Shown: one piece after another, positions 21,028 to 30,715 of the stretch
How the letters are laid out: each line of letters opens with the position of its first letter
Numbering within the stretch: position 1 is the first letter of the stretch
Assembly (NCBI GenBank): GCA_003152105.1
Contig: PLZJ01000003.1
Location: 70,899-134,898, forward strand
DNA from: Candidatus Levyibacteriota bacterium
GTDB lineage: Bacteria > Patescibacteriota > Microgenomatia > Levybacterales > UBA12049
Length of the DNA: 64,000 nt
Direction of reading: 5' to 3'
Program-made: the position numbers and the translations under genes
Notes under the pieces: model-generated
Told to the model about the DNA's origin: nothing
Database searches by the model: none
What the model saw: only the letters and a program-made list of their open reading frames with translations

Positions 21028-21357
21028 TTATTTTCCAATAATCCCTTCATAAAGCGTTACTGCACTTGTGCCAGAAATTCCCCATACAAATGGTAACCAA
21101 AGGGGAATGTGAATAAAAAATACTTGTGGATAATACCATGCACCACTATAGATAATGATATTTTCAAATGTTGCTCCCAAAAGCCCAATAACGAGAAACA
21201 AGATAAGTTCTTTCTTAATCGGAAGTAATCGATGTTTTACATATGCCAAAATCAGGATTAGTGCAACAAGTAGAAGAGGAATATGCCAAAACAGCATAAT
21301 ACATAATGCGCTTACAATAAGAACAATCATAGATATGAGTATCTTTTTCATGTGCAT
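21028..21357 (-). CDS. small membrane protein (DUF2878-like)
   Basis: E...GAWYY...IPLWLPFVWG. Confidence 0.6.
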   Translation of the reverse strand: MHMKKILISMIVLIVSALCIMLFWHIPLLLVALILILAYVKHRLLPIKKELILFLVIGLLGATFENIIIYSGAWYYPQVFFIHIPLWLPFVWGISGTSAVTLYEGIIGK

Positions 21358-21397
21358 ACCTAAAGTATAGCAAACGAATAATTACAAAGTGAAGAAG

Positions 21398-21420
21398 AAA
21401 TCCCAGTGTAACTGGGATTT
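21398..21420 (-). terminator. hairpin terminator
   Basis: AAATCCCAG-TGTAA-CTGGGATTT. Confidence 0.65.
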
Positions 21421-21428
21421 CTAAAAAA

Positions 21429-21821
21429 CTATTGAAAAAATGTAGGATTTGGTAAGTTGTCTTTAAATGTAACTCCTTTGTTTATTCCATCTAAGACAAC
21501 AAAGTCAGATCCCAAACCAATACCCCAGCCATTCCCATTAACACGAACTAACCCATACTTTATCTTTCCTACCTGATAGACATGCATACCTGGTCGACCC
21601 TGTGGATCTCTATTTGGATTGTGACTGTCGATCAGTTCAACAATATCTCTATTGCTTTCCATGCACGCATCCATTTCTTCGTCTGTTGGAAATGTTGGCT
21701 CAATAAACAAAACATCTTCAAATGTATTATCATCATTGAAATACCGCATGAATTGAAGCAAACGTGTGGGGTTTTGACTTTCCCTATCTTGATACATTGA
21801 TCCTTCTATTTCTTTTGACAT
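21429..21821 (-). CDS. hypothetical protein downstream of an attenuator
   Basis: Strong SD AAAGGAGGTGA. Confidence 0.7.
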   Translation of the reverse strand: MSKEIEGSMYQDRESQNPTRLLQFMRYFNDDNTFEDVLFIEPTFPTDEEMDACMESNRDIVELIDSHNPNRDPQGRPGMHVYQVGKIKYGLVRVNGNGWGIGLGSDFVVLDGINKGVTFKDNLPNPTFFQ

Positions 21822-21847
21822 ATTTTTTCACCTCCTTTCTAAACCAC

Positions 21848-21990
21848 AAAAAAACCTCCCATTAGGGAGGCCCGTTGCAATGACAAAACAAAAACCCCCC
21901 CTGTTAAGAGATTATTGTTTGCCAACTACAAATTAGATGTGATTTACTCATTGTGGGTATAGTATATAAAAAAGTGGTGATTTCTGTCAA
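21848..21990 (-). promoter_or_regulatory. promoter, leader peptide and terminator/antiterminator (attenuator)
   Basis: TTGACA-18-TATACT; uORF 21951-21904; G7 run; CCTCCC-TAAT-GGGAGG-T7. Confidence 0.65.
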
Positions 21991-21994
21991 ATTA

Positions 21995-22954
21995 TCACTT
22001 TTTAAACTGCTTGTACTTGGGGTTCATTAAGAATTTGTCATCACCAGTTTGTAGTAAATTGATCAGTGTGTCAACACAACTACTGCTTACGTCTTCTATA
22101 GTTTGGCCAGTATTAAACGCACTCGATTCATTTGGTGAATACCAAATACCAAGAGGTAGTTGTCTAAAACTGCCTTCTTTTATATTCTCATCAAACGCAG
22201 CTCTTATTTCATGCTTTTGTAGTCTTTCATACAAACTATCTAAGTCAAAAAGCAATGGATCTGACGTTGAAATTAGTAATGCACCTTGTTTCATGCTATA
22301 TATATTCTCACTACTTACATACTTATTTCCCGGCTCTGTTGAAATCGCAACATAGAGAAGATCACTTGTTTTAAATAACGCTTCTTTTGTAACATATGTT
22401 GCGTCATATTCCTTCTCAACATCAGGTTTTCTTGTTCTATTGAAGTAATACACTTTTTTTGCTCCCATACCTTTTACCATTGCAAGATAAATTTTTGCAA
22501 TATGTCCCATACCCAGTATGCCAATTGATTGCTCACTCAAACTCTTGGTAGTTTCAAATGTTTTAAAACCACCTCTTGCCAAATCAATCATATCCCGGCT
22601 CATCAGAAGTGACATAGCAAGACCAAACTCAGCAACTGCACGTGCATTCAAATGCGGCGCAGCACCAATTGCTATCCCTTTTTTCGTTGCATAGTCATGT
22701 GCTGGAATAAATCCAGTCCATCCAGTTCCGGTAAACACAATTGCTTTTAATATATCTGCTGAGTCTATGATCTTTTGGGTAACTTTTTCAGTTCCTCCTA
22801 AAATGTAACCAACTTTTCCTTTGATTGCTTCAGAAAGCGCTTCTTCAGTTGCTTGTGGGATATCAAGACGTTCAACAACATAGCCTGCTTTTTCAAGTTT
22901 TTTAACGTGTTCTTGCTTTATAAAAAGGGAGTCAGTAACGAGTATTTTGTTCAC
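21995..22954 (-). CDS. D-isomer-specific 2-hydroxyacid dehydrogenase family protein
   Basis: KILVTD, NARAVAE, IGILGMGHI. Confidence 0.85.
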   Translation of the reverse strand: MNKILVTDSLFIKQEHVKKLEKAGYVVERLDIPQATEEALSEAIKGKVGYILGGTEKVTQKIIDSADILKAIVFTGTGWTGFIPAHDYATKKGIAIGAAPHLNARAVAEFGLAMSLLMSRDMIDLARGGFKTFETTKSLSEQSIGILGMGHIAKIYLAMVKGMGAKKVYYFNRTRKPDVEKEYDATYVTKEALFKTSDLLYVAISTEPGNKYVSSENIYSMKQGALLISTSDPLLFDLDSLYERLQKHEIRAAFDENIKEGSFRQLPLGIWYSPNESSAFNTGQTIEDVSSSCVDTLINLLQTGDDKFLMNPKYKQFKK

Positions 22955-23048
22955 AATAGCTGGATTATATCACAATAAAAGTAGGTAGTTAAAACTACTA
23001 TTGACTATAAACTATGCAAGAGTATAATCAAAAAACTACCCAGTAATA

Positions 23049-24794
23049 ATGGAAAAAGATCAAAAACAGTATCAACCCCCAAAAGAATTTACTCCAGCGC
23101 TTAAAGAAGCATTAACTGGTTCGGACATTCAAAACTTCCTCGATAGGATTGCAATTGCCGGAGGAGCATATATTGATCCAGAAGGATTACCAGATCGAAG
23201 AATAAGCACTAACTGTGAAGCATTATCTGAGGTAGATAGGTTTGTGAAAAATGATGTAATAAAACCTGAGATGACTCATGCTGGCATGGAAACATTTGAT
23301 CATCCCATGGGAGTGTTAGGTATTTATCCAGGGTCTGACCCAACACTTGATCCAGTACTTTTGCTATCACACTATGATTCAGTACCAAATGGAGGAAGAT
23401 ATGATGGCAAAGTTGGGGTTGCTCTTTCTGTAAAAGTAGTTGAAGCTATGAAAAAGCAAGGCATTAAACCAACACGAAGCATTGCAGTGCTTGCTTTAAC
23501 AGGTGAAGAATCAGCAGGATTTAATCAAGCACTTTTTGGAAGTAGAGCAATGTTTCAAGGGTTAACTGAAAGTGAACTTGCATCTCACCGTATAGGTGGC
23601 GCAACAATTGGTTCTAAGTTAGACGCAGATGAACTAGAGAAAGTTAGAAAGCCATGGCTTGGACCACAAGGCATGTTTTTACAACATATCAAAGCTGCAA
23701 TTGAGCCGCATGCTGACTTAGATGGAAGTATTATCCAAGATGGAAAGGAACTGGGTGTTTACACAGGAATAGCAGCACCTGATCGAAGAATTATTTCTAT
23801 TGGTAATACACCTCTTGTTGCAGAACAAGAAAATGGAAATGAACAATTTGCCAAACTAGTAGTTCACGGTAAAACTGGTCATTCTGGTAATACGCCAATG
23901 GGAAAAGATCATAGAGTTGATGGGCTTGTCATTACTTCGGATCTCATTCTTGGATTACCAAAGTTAACACAAATGTTTGAAGATGCAGGAATACATGCAG
24001 GTATTTCCATTGGTGATATACATGTTGAAGGTCAAGCAATGAATAAAATTCCCGGTACTACTGAAATGCAAGTTCGCCTTACGCAAGAAGATCAGTGGCA
24101 AGGAGAAAAAGCCTTAGAAGTCCTTGCAAAATGGATTGAGCTAAAAAATACATCGCTCAAAGCAATATACCCTCATGAAGATACACTTGTTACACTTGAA
24201 CAGTTAGATCAAGCGAGCGCAAAAGACTTCTATGATCCAGATGCCATGCAAAAAAGACTTAGAGCTTGTGCGGCAGTTATTAAAACAACAAACGAAGTAG
24301 GAGAAGCTTTCAGTAATCAAGATAATAGAGCAACGATTTCAACTATTCACATGCAAAATGGCATTATAGAACTTGGCGCAGACAGAAGAGGAATAAGCGC
24401 TCAAGCAAGGAAAGAAATGATAGATCAGATTTCTCAAAGAATTGATGCCATAACAGACGCAAGCGTTTCAATGAGCCCTCCTTTACCAGGAAGCAATAAT
24501 CCTGTTACTCTCGATCCTTCCCTTACATCTGTATTAGAACAAACAGCTAGTACCTATGGGATCAGCTTGAAAAAAATGTTTAGTCCTGGAGGACATGATA
24601 TTATGAATGTTAGCGATGTGGGTATTCCAAGCGCAATGCTTGTTGTACCTAGTAGATCACGAAAAGATCTAGGACTTGCTTTTGATCCCAACTCAGGAAT
24701 GGGACATAATCCTGATGAATATTCAACGCCTGAAGATTTAGAAAAAGGAGCACAAGTGTTATATGCTTCTGTATTAGAACTCGTTAATCAGTAA
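23049..24794 (+). CDS. M20 amidohydrolase (allantoate/N-carbamoylase-like), elongated
   Basis: SHYDSVPNGGRYDG, GEES, GHSGNTPM, SPGGHD, GHNPDE. Confidence 0.85.
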   Translation: MEKDQKQYQPPKEFTPALKEALTGSDIQNFLDRIAIAGGAYIDPEGLPDRRISTNCEALSEVDRFVKNDVIKPEMTHAGMETFDHPMGVLGIYPGSDPTLDPVLLLSHYDSVPNGGRYDGKVGVALSVKVVEAMKKQGIKPTRSIAVLALTGEESAGFNQALFGSRAMFQGLTESELASHRIGGATIGSKLDADELEKVRKPWLGPQGMFLQHIKAAIEPHADLDGSIIQDGKELGVYTGIAAPDRRIISIGNTPLVAEQENGNEQFAKLVVHGKTGHSGNTPMGKDHRVDGLVITSDLILGLPKLTQMFEDAGIHAGISIGDIHVEGQAMNKIPGTTEMQVRLTQEDQWQGEKALEVLAKWIELKNTSLKAIYPHEDTLVTLEQLDQASAKDFYDPDAMQKRLRACAAVIKTTNEVGEAFSNQDNRATISTIHMQNGIIELGADRRGISAQARKEMIDQISQRIDAITDASVSMSPPLPGSNNPVTLDPSLTSVLEQTASTYGISLKKMFSPGGHDIMNVSDVGIPSAMLVVPSRSRKDLGLAFDPNSGMGHNPDEYSTPEDLEKGAQVLYASVLELVNQ

Positions 24795-24799
24795 ATTCA

Positions 24800-25690
24800 A
24801 GGGTGGATTTAAAAATGATAATGAGTTTGGTGAGAAAGTAAACGCGGATGCGTATAAGGGTGCAAGATGCACTAAGTAAAAATGAGAAAATTCCCACCAA
24901 ACTCTTCTTTCTACACATCTATGCTCCTCTTCTTTTTTTTGCCTTTGCAAAACCTTTTTTTATTCCAAATTGGAATGATGTTTGACAGTTGTCGTTTTTT
25001 GGTTATTGGTTTGGCTTAGGTGTTTGTGGTTGTGTTTGTTTGGTTTACTATGTAAACAGTGTTGATTTGGTCTTTTAATTGACAATTGTTGTATGTATGC
25101 AATACCTGTCTGTTTTTGTTTTGCTCTTCTTTTTTGATATGGCAGAATGCAGTTTTTTTGTTGATTTCAAAAAAAAAGGAAAGGAGAGGGGCGGTTCTCC
25201 TTTTTGCATGTCTGAACCTATCGAAGGGAGAAGAAGAAAGAAGAATCGATCCAGACCTGCATGCTTGCACAGCATTTTGCGTTTTGCGTGCAACGGACTG
25301 CGTGTGACACATTGGTATCTCAAGTTCGAGTTTCGAACGAGTGCATCAATGCATCTGGAATTGGAACATCCTTGGGAAGGATAGAGCTTGTCTTTGTAAC
25401 TTTCCGCCCCGTTTCGAAACTGTGATTGTCTTTTAATCCGTTAGAACTAAAAAACCAAGGATAGTAGATTTCCTCATCACATGCGTCGAATAAAGCAAAA
25501 GACTAGCAAAAGTAAAAACGAGCTTTACTTCTCCTGGCCTTTTGCTTAAGAGCAAAAAGTATCAAAATAAATGTAGAATAATTGTAGAAAGATTTTTAAT
25601 GTACAAATGCTTTTGCCTTTTGTACACAGCTGTTATGCACTATGACAAAAGCATCATAGTATAGCAAAACTGAGAGTAAAACGCAATCTA
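24800..25690 (-). other. boxA-leader cassette 3 (no intact cargo ORF)
   Basis: TATACT 25663, AGCTGT 25631, boxA-like 25605-25593, 3' structure 24823-24904. Confidence 0.7.
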
Positions 25691-26332
25691 CTGTGGGGAA
25701 ATGTATAACGCAGTTGAAGAGTCGTTGTTTGCAGTTATAATAACAACACATTCGTTTCTGGTTAAAAACGCTGCTTTATTTTTTGGATAGATCGTACCAT
25801 TTGTCATAAATCCTTTTTCAGAAACACTACTTGTTCTGATAAAAATTTCGTTTTGTTCTATATCTGAAATATACCCACCAGTTCCACTAATGCCCCCTTG
25901 CGGAATAGGATGAAGAAGCGTTGGTGGGAGAAAAAGAGCCCATCCAGGAGAAAGAGCATCTGAGCTAAGAAGAGAAGGATAAAGCATGCTGTTAACTTCG
26001 ATTATGTCAGAGGTTTTGTCACTACTACCAAGCTCTGATTTGGCAATTGACTGGAGTGTATCTGTTTTTTTCACTACATAGGTTGTTAAATAATCGTCTT
26101 TTGGCAAAATACCTACATTTTTACAAAGTAATGGTCCTGTTGCGCTCATTTTCTGAAGTGCGACTGCTTGTTTTTGATACACACCAATTTGCACTGCTCT
26201 CCCAATCATGTAGCCAATAAATCCAAACATATAGCCAGAAAGAAGTGCAACAAGAAGCACAAGAAGCATTCGTTCCAGATCAAATCGCTTTGAAATGAAC
26301 ACGTTTTTTTCACTTATCATTTTCTTATCCAC
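25688..26332 (-). CDS. LysM domain membrane protein
   Basis: TYVVKKTDTLQSIAK...IIEVN...LSPGWALFLP; start moved downstream of a TTGACA/TACAAT promoter. Confidence 0.8.
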   Translation of the reverse strand: MDKKMISEKNVFISKRFDLERMLLVLLVALLSGYMFGFIGYMIGRAVQIGVYQKQAVALQKMSATGPLLCKNVGILPKDDYLTTYVVKKTDTLQSIAKSELGSSDKTSDIIEVNSMLYPSLLSSDALSPGWALFLPPTLLHPIPQGGISGTGGYISDIEQNEIFIRTSSVSEKGFMTNGTIYPKNKAAFLTRNECVVIITANNDSSTALYISPQ

Positions 26333-26455
26333 ATAGTTAGTATTGTATAGAAGAAGAAGTCTTGTCAAGAAATGTGGGAAAGATAGGGGATAAGCACATG
26401 TGATGTGAACGGTGTGCAAGAAGCACTCCTCTTATCCCCAAAGGGTCTTTCCAAG

Positions 26456-26794
26456 TTATTGAAACGGTATGAGTATGGTTGAACTGATGACACCTAAAAA
26501 GGCGAAAAACACTACAAAGATAGCAAGGAATGATAGAGCCAAAAGGCCATCAAAAACAGTCTCTCGCACGTATTTTTTTGAAGGACTCCGAAGCGCAGTC
26601 ACAAGCGTTAGCAAAAGGAGCAAGAGCCCTAAAGCGAGCAAAAGTAAGTTTGCGTTTTGTCCTGAAACAGCAGTCCGAACAACGGGTAGTGAAAACACGC
26701 TGATTGCGTAAAACATCACCGATAGGCAAAAACCGCAGACAAAATAGCTTCCAACGATCGAAAGATTCGACAAAGCCAAAAAATGTCGGGTCAT
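26456..26794 (-). CDS. orphan 3-TM protein (cassette 4)
   Basis: SD AAGGAG; 112 aa. Confidence 0.7.
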   Translation of the reverse strand: MTRHFLALSNLSIVGSYFVCGFCLSVMFYAISVFSLPVVRTAVSGQNANLLLLALGLLLLLLTLVTALRSPSKKYVRETVFDGLLALSFLAIFVVFFAFLGVISSTILIPFQ

Positions 26795-26811
26795 AACTGT
26801 CTCCTTATTTG

Positions 26812-27159
26812 TTAGAAAAAGTGCGCTTTGGATATTTTGTAGGCAAGTAAAATGAAAAGTCCTGCATATGCGTAGTCGTAGATGTTAAGAACTATGAACC
26901 ATTTACGTTTTTGAGAAACCTCCATTGATGCTACTTTTCTAAACTCCGAACTAGTAAGTCTCCATGTACATAGAATAAAAACCAGTCCAAAGAGTGTAAA
27001 AAGTACAAAACTCCAAAGTAGTCCGTGTTGCATTTGAATCGTAACACTTGCGATGCGAAAGACAAATGCTAGGGCAAACGCGAAAACAAGTCCTTTACCT
27101 ACGTTTTTAATGAGTTCGTAGAAAAAGAAACAGATGCGAAGCGATAAGTCTTCATTCAT
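26812..27159 (-). CDS. orphan 3-TM protein (cassette 4)
   Basis: SD AAGGA; 115 aa. Confidence 0.7.
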   Translation of the reverse strand: MNEDLSLRICFFFYELIKNVGKGLVFAFALAFVFRIASVTIQMQHGLLWSFVLFTLFGLVFILCTWRLTSSEFRKVASMEVSQKRKWFIVLNIYDYAYAGLFILLAYKISKAHFF

Positions 27160-27182
27160 TGCGATTTCCTTTTATCGTCATA

Positions 27183-27521
27183 TTACAGAAGGAATGGAAG
27201 AAACAAAACAACTATAAACCCAAGAAGAACGAAAAACAAATACCATGCCAGTATGAATTGGAAAAAGCAAAGTATTTGCCGTGTTGAGAAAAAAGACTGA
27301 GAATCATCAGAATAATCCCAAAGAGCCACCATCCAAACTACAAAAGAAACTGCCAAAAGCACAAGAAAGAAATATTTCTCCTGCATTGATGAGACAGTGA
27401 TGCCGCTTAACTTAACAATGAGTATGGAAGGAACTGTTGCGAGTACGCCCCCAAGGTATATCCAAAGTCCCAAGACGTCTAAGATATTGTTTATGTGTTG
27501 AACGTTTTTAGACATTTTCAT
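27183..27521 (-). CDS. orphan 3-TM protein (cassette 4)
   Basis: SD AAGGAG before MKMSKN; 112 aa. Confidence 0.7.
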   Translation of the reverse strand: MKMSKNVQHINNILDVLGLWIYLGGVLATVPSILIVKLSGITVSSMQEKYFFLVLLAVSFVVWMVALWDYSDDSQSFFSTRQILCFFQFILAWYLFFVLLGFIVVLFLPFLL

Positions 27522-27757
27522 TTCTTCTCCTTTTTTTGTGTAAGTGTCTTTTAAAACGCGTGAATAACAGCTTAAGATGAGAAAGCAAAAGACAAAAAAA
27601 TCTATCTTCTCCTGCCTCATCTTAAGATACCGTTTATATAACTTGTGAAAGAGCAAATACATTCTCATTTCTTCGTTTTACAGCAATTGTGAAACGCGAA
27701 ACGTGAACAGAGGGGAGTATAGCATAGATATGAAAAGCTCTCAACTATAGGATGAGC

Positions 27758-28366
27758 TTATTCTTGATTCGTACGCTTTTTTTGCGTTAATGAATAGCGA
27801 AGCAGTGTGCCGCCAAAATATTCAAACAATTTAATAAAGCCAATATGTTCAAAAAATGATAATCCCTCATCATTATCAGAGGAAACATCAACATAGACAA
27901 ATTTTGCTTGTGCTTTTTTAAACTTTACAATTACTGAATGCACAAGCGCTTTTCCAACCCCTGTTCGAACGTGTGTTGGATCAACAAAAAGTACCACAAT
28001 TGCCGCCGTATTATTGCCAAGTAAGGCTTGGATTTTTCGCTCAAATAAGAGTCGCTTCACTACTTTTTTAGGAGTTATACCCCCAGTTAAAAAACGGAAA
28101 AAAAGTGTAGGGAGTGAACGAAAGGTAAAAAGTGTATGCATTGCTTTTTGCGTATTTCGAATATGTGTTGTTGCGATAATAACGCCAATTAAATGTCCTT
28201 TTTCAAATGCGCCAAAACTAATGTGTTGTTTTGGATGAGAAAGAAGTAATTGATAGAGACGTGTAACGTATTTTTTCCCAAGATATGACGATGTATCAGA
28301 AACTGCGCTTTTATGAAGACTGGCTATTTCTTCACTTTGTACGTAACTAAGAGGTGAAATATGCAT
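27758..28366 (-). CDS. GNAT family N-acetyltransferase
   Basis: LFVDPTHVRTGVGKAL; N..GLSFFEHIGF. Confidence 0.88.
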   Translation of the reverse strand: MHISPLSYVQSEEIASLHKSAVSDTSSYLGKKYVTRLYQLLLSHPKQHISFGAFEKGHLIGVIIATTHIRNTQKAMHTLFTFRSLPTLFFRFLTGGITPKKVVKRLLFERKIQALLGNNTAAIVVLFVDPTHVRTGVGKALVHSVIVKFKKAQAKFVYVDVSSDNDEGLSFFEHIGFIKLFEYFGGTLLRYSLTQKKRTNQE

Positions 28367-28572
28367 AAATGTTTATCTTTGGGTCATTATATAGATCAGT
28401 GTAACAAAATTCAATTATTGTCCTGTAGTACTTGCCATAGAATACGCTGTTTGCTATACTACCAAAGCTAAAATTGGCAACATACAACAAAAGCTGTTGT
28501 ACTTCTTGCTTTTTTGCATTTGCACATTTACAAGTTGCGGAAAATACATAAAACATTACAAGGAGAAAACGC

Positions 28573-28710
28573 ATGTTACTACTTATCGCTTTTGCTACTC
28601 AGATTTCCCATCACTCGCAGGCAGCTTCGCTATGGCAGATTTTGCTTGTTATGCTAGGACTCGGTTTAGGTATTCCAACTGCTGCCTTTTTGTTTGTCGA
28701 AACACTGTAG
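28573..28710 (+). CDS. 45-aa hydrophobic protein (cassette 5; absent from ORF track)
   Basis: AAGGAG SD; MLLLIAFATQISHHSQAASLWQILLVMLGLGLGIPTAAFLFVETL. Confidence 0.6.
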   Translation: MLLLIAFATQISHHSQAASLWQILLVMLGLGLGIPTAAFLFVETL

Positions 28711-28764
28711 GAAGCTTCGAATCCAAATCGCTTAACAACTCAACTTTCATATTAGGAGTAAAAC

Positions 28765-28980
28765 GTGAAATCTATCGAATCTTTTTTTGCATCGCTCATC
28801 CTTGCACTTGCAATACTTGCACTCATATGTCTGGTCGTTGGATATGCATTCATCGTCGACTTTGGGTGGTATTTGTGGGGCATTCTCATTCTTGTGTATC
28901 CAGTCGTCTTTTTTGTTGTAGTTTTTTCAATGTTTTACATGGGAGTAACACATAAAAGAGAAGAAAGGAAACGACGATGA
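28765..28980 (+). CDS. 2-TM orphan protein (cassette 5)
   Basis: AGGAG SD with GTG start; ATGA-coupled to the next ORF. Confidence 0.65.
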   Translation: MKSIESFFASLILALAILALICLVVGYAFIVDFGWYLWGILILVYPVVFFVVVFSMFYMGVTHKREERKRR

Positions 28981-29264
28981 GACATCAATCGGTTGTTCAA
29001 GAGTATGACATAAGCACGTGGCGCTTTGGAAAGAATGAAGACGTTTTGCTTCGTCTGATTTTAGACCAGTTGTGCAGACACGACAACATCCACGTCGTTT
29101 GTTCAGTTGGCAGAAAGCTGTTTTACCTGAAATTTAGCTTTACGATTATCGTGAAGGGAGATTGGCTTGGACAAGTAGAGGGTGTTTGGCAAATGAAACA
29201 GTTTTGTAAAAAACATCACTTTAGTTTCGATGGACTTCAAAAAACCGACTACATGCATCTGTAA
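28977..29264 (+). CDS. orphan protein (cassette 5)
   Basis: ATGA overlap, AAGGA SD. Confidence 0.6.
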   Translation: MRHQSVVQEYDISTWRFGKNEDVLLRLILDQLCRHDNIHVVCSVGRKLFYLKFSFTIIVKGDWLGQVEGVWQMKQFCKKHHFSFDGLQKTDYMHL

Positions 29265-29457
29265 CGACTGTCTCGCTCAAGACCACTACTCCTTTTTTCA
29301 AATCCGCAACACATATGTGCTGTGAGGCAAGCTCTGTCGTCAGACTTCTCTTTCCCAAGAGAAAACTCTAAACGTCACCTTGCCCACACTCATTTCATTA
29401 TATTTGAGAGTAAATTAGTATATTGACACCTGTGAAAAATCCCCCTACTATTAATAT

Positions 29458-29796
29458 ATGCTAGAGTTATTAGTTGGAATACTAGGAATGCTTGCAGGTC
29501 TTTATTTACTCCTTCTTTCACCAGGAGATTTCTTAAACTACCTCATTTTCATATTAGGACTGCTCATTTTATGGCGCTGGTATAAAAGAAAATATACTGT
29601 CTCAAAAAAAGCAAAAAAAAGCAAAAGTTCATTTGACGCAACAATCACTGCAATAGGATTTACCATCGCAGTACTTGGTATTGCACTGCAATTTATTGGC
29701 ATCTTGCTTGGCTTTTCTGTTCCAATGGTTGTTACAGCCCTTATTATTCTTGTCGGGCTAATGACCTTTATTCTTGGTATCTCTACGCGAAAATAA
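29458..29796 (+). CDS. 4-TM membrane protein
   Basis: TTGACA-17-TACTAT promoter; leaderless-type start. Confidence 0.7.
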   Translation: MLELLVGILGMLAGLYLLLLSPGDFLNYLIFILGLLILWRWYKRKYTVSKKAKKSKSSFDATITAIGFTIAVLGIALQFIGILLGFSVPMVVTALIILVGLMTFILGISTRK

Positions 29797-29976
29797 CTTC
29801 GGTTGTTCTTTTTTCAGTTTTTACCTGGTTTTTTTAGTGAGTAATGTTTTGTGTGTGAGGAAAAGGGTGTCGTAAGGGTAAGTAGAGGCTGAAAGGCCAA
29901 AAAAAGTCACTCATGTGACTAGTGTTGACCAAACAACATACTCACCCTCACGGCGCACTTACATACAGAGATTGAA

Positions 29977-30144
29977 CTAGTGGGAAAGACGGAAGAGGCG
30001 ACGCAGAATCTCTCGTGACTCTTTTGGTTGTGTGATGAAAAGTGACGCTAGCAAATAGCCAATAATTGACAAAATTGCAACTGCGGCAAACATCATCACT
30101 GCGCTAAAGATATATACGACGAATTTGGACGCGACGGTTGTCAT
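29977..30144 (-). CDS. single-TM orphan protein (cassette 6)
   Basis: AAGGA SD before MTTVASK. Confidence 0.55.
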   Translation of the reverse strand: MTTVASKFVVYIFSAVMMFAAVAILSIIGYLLASLFITQPKESREILRRLFRLSH

Positions 30145-30145
30145 G

Positions 30146-30715
30146 TTAATGTCCTTGTGATCGAGTTGGTTCAATTGCGATACTTCGTGCCTTAATCATA
30201 CTGTTTGCATTTTCGAAGTGACGATCTGGCTCGAGTCCGTGAACGTATAGACAGAGTAAAAATCCATCTTCATTTCGAATAAACTCGAGCTTTGCGACGG
30301 TGCCGATTTGTATGACTTTTGATTCTCCTTTTTTTGTATTTGTGACGATTTCCCATGCAAGGTCGAGTAATTGATCTTGATCGCATACTTTCTCAAGCTG
30401 TGAAACCATTTCTTTCTGTACCTCTTGGAAGTGATCATACACCTGCATCAAGTTGACGAAGATGTCGACGATTCCTTCCGCAAGATAGAAGCTTTTGACG
30501 TGCTCAAACTCAGCGTTTGCCACAAGACCTGCAAGTGTGATAGTAACGTCTTCGCCCTTTGCATCATATACGTACGGTGCCGGAGAGTTGAGCCACTTTT
30601 TAACACTGCGTCTTGTGCGATGTCGTCGTTCGATAAACCGAAGAAGCTTCTTTCCTTCATCTGTACGGTACAAAACGTCTTTGATGTCATCAAACGTAAC
30701 ATTGGAAAAATCCAC
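30146..30715 (-). CDS. orphan protein (cassette 6)
   Basis: GGAG SD with GTG start; 189 aa. Confidence 0.65.
   Translation of the reverse strand: MDFSNVTFDDIKDVLYRTDEGKKLLRFIERRHRTRRSVKKWLNSPAPYVYDAKGEDVTITLAGLVANAEFEHVKSFYLAEGIVDIFVNLMQVYDHFQEVQKEMVSQLEKVCDQDQLLDLAWEIVTNTKKGESKVIQIGTVAKLEFIRNEDGFLLCLYVHGLEPDRHFENANSMIKARSIAIEPTRSQGH

Larger units (their letters stand above)
26370..27751 (-). other. boxA-leader cassette 4
   Basis: TATACT 27721, TGCTGT 27685, TGCTCTTTCACAA 27655-27643, three ORFs, 3' structure 26377-26452. Confidence 0.8.
28422..29400 (+). other. boxA-leader cassette 5
   Basis: TATACT 28455, AGCTGT 28492, boxA-like 28521-28533, three ORFs, 3' structure 29321-29388. Confidence 0.78.

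Noticed and set aside
25016..25384. Four overlapping ORF-track calls in cassette 3
   Set aside because: Low-complexity sequence, mutual overlap, no SD and no motifs.
26333..26419. Extended N-termini of the LysM ORF, and similarly of 27522-27668
   Set aside because: The extensions run through the cassette 3' structure or leader; better starts lie downstream.
28497..28955. 152-aa ORF in cassette 5
   Set aside because: It starts within the conserved leader and overlaps two SD-led ORFs in other frames.
29850..29967. Cloverleaf-like element as a tRNA
   Set aside because: No GTTC T-loop, D-loop consensus or acceptor-stem geometry.
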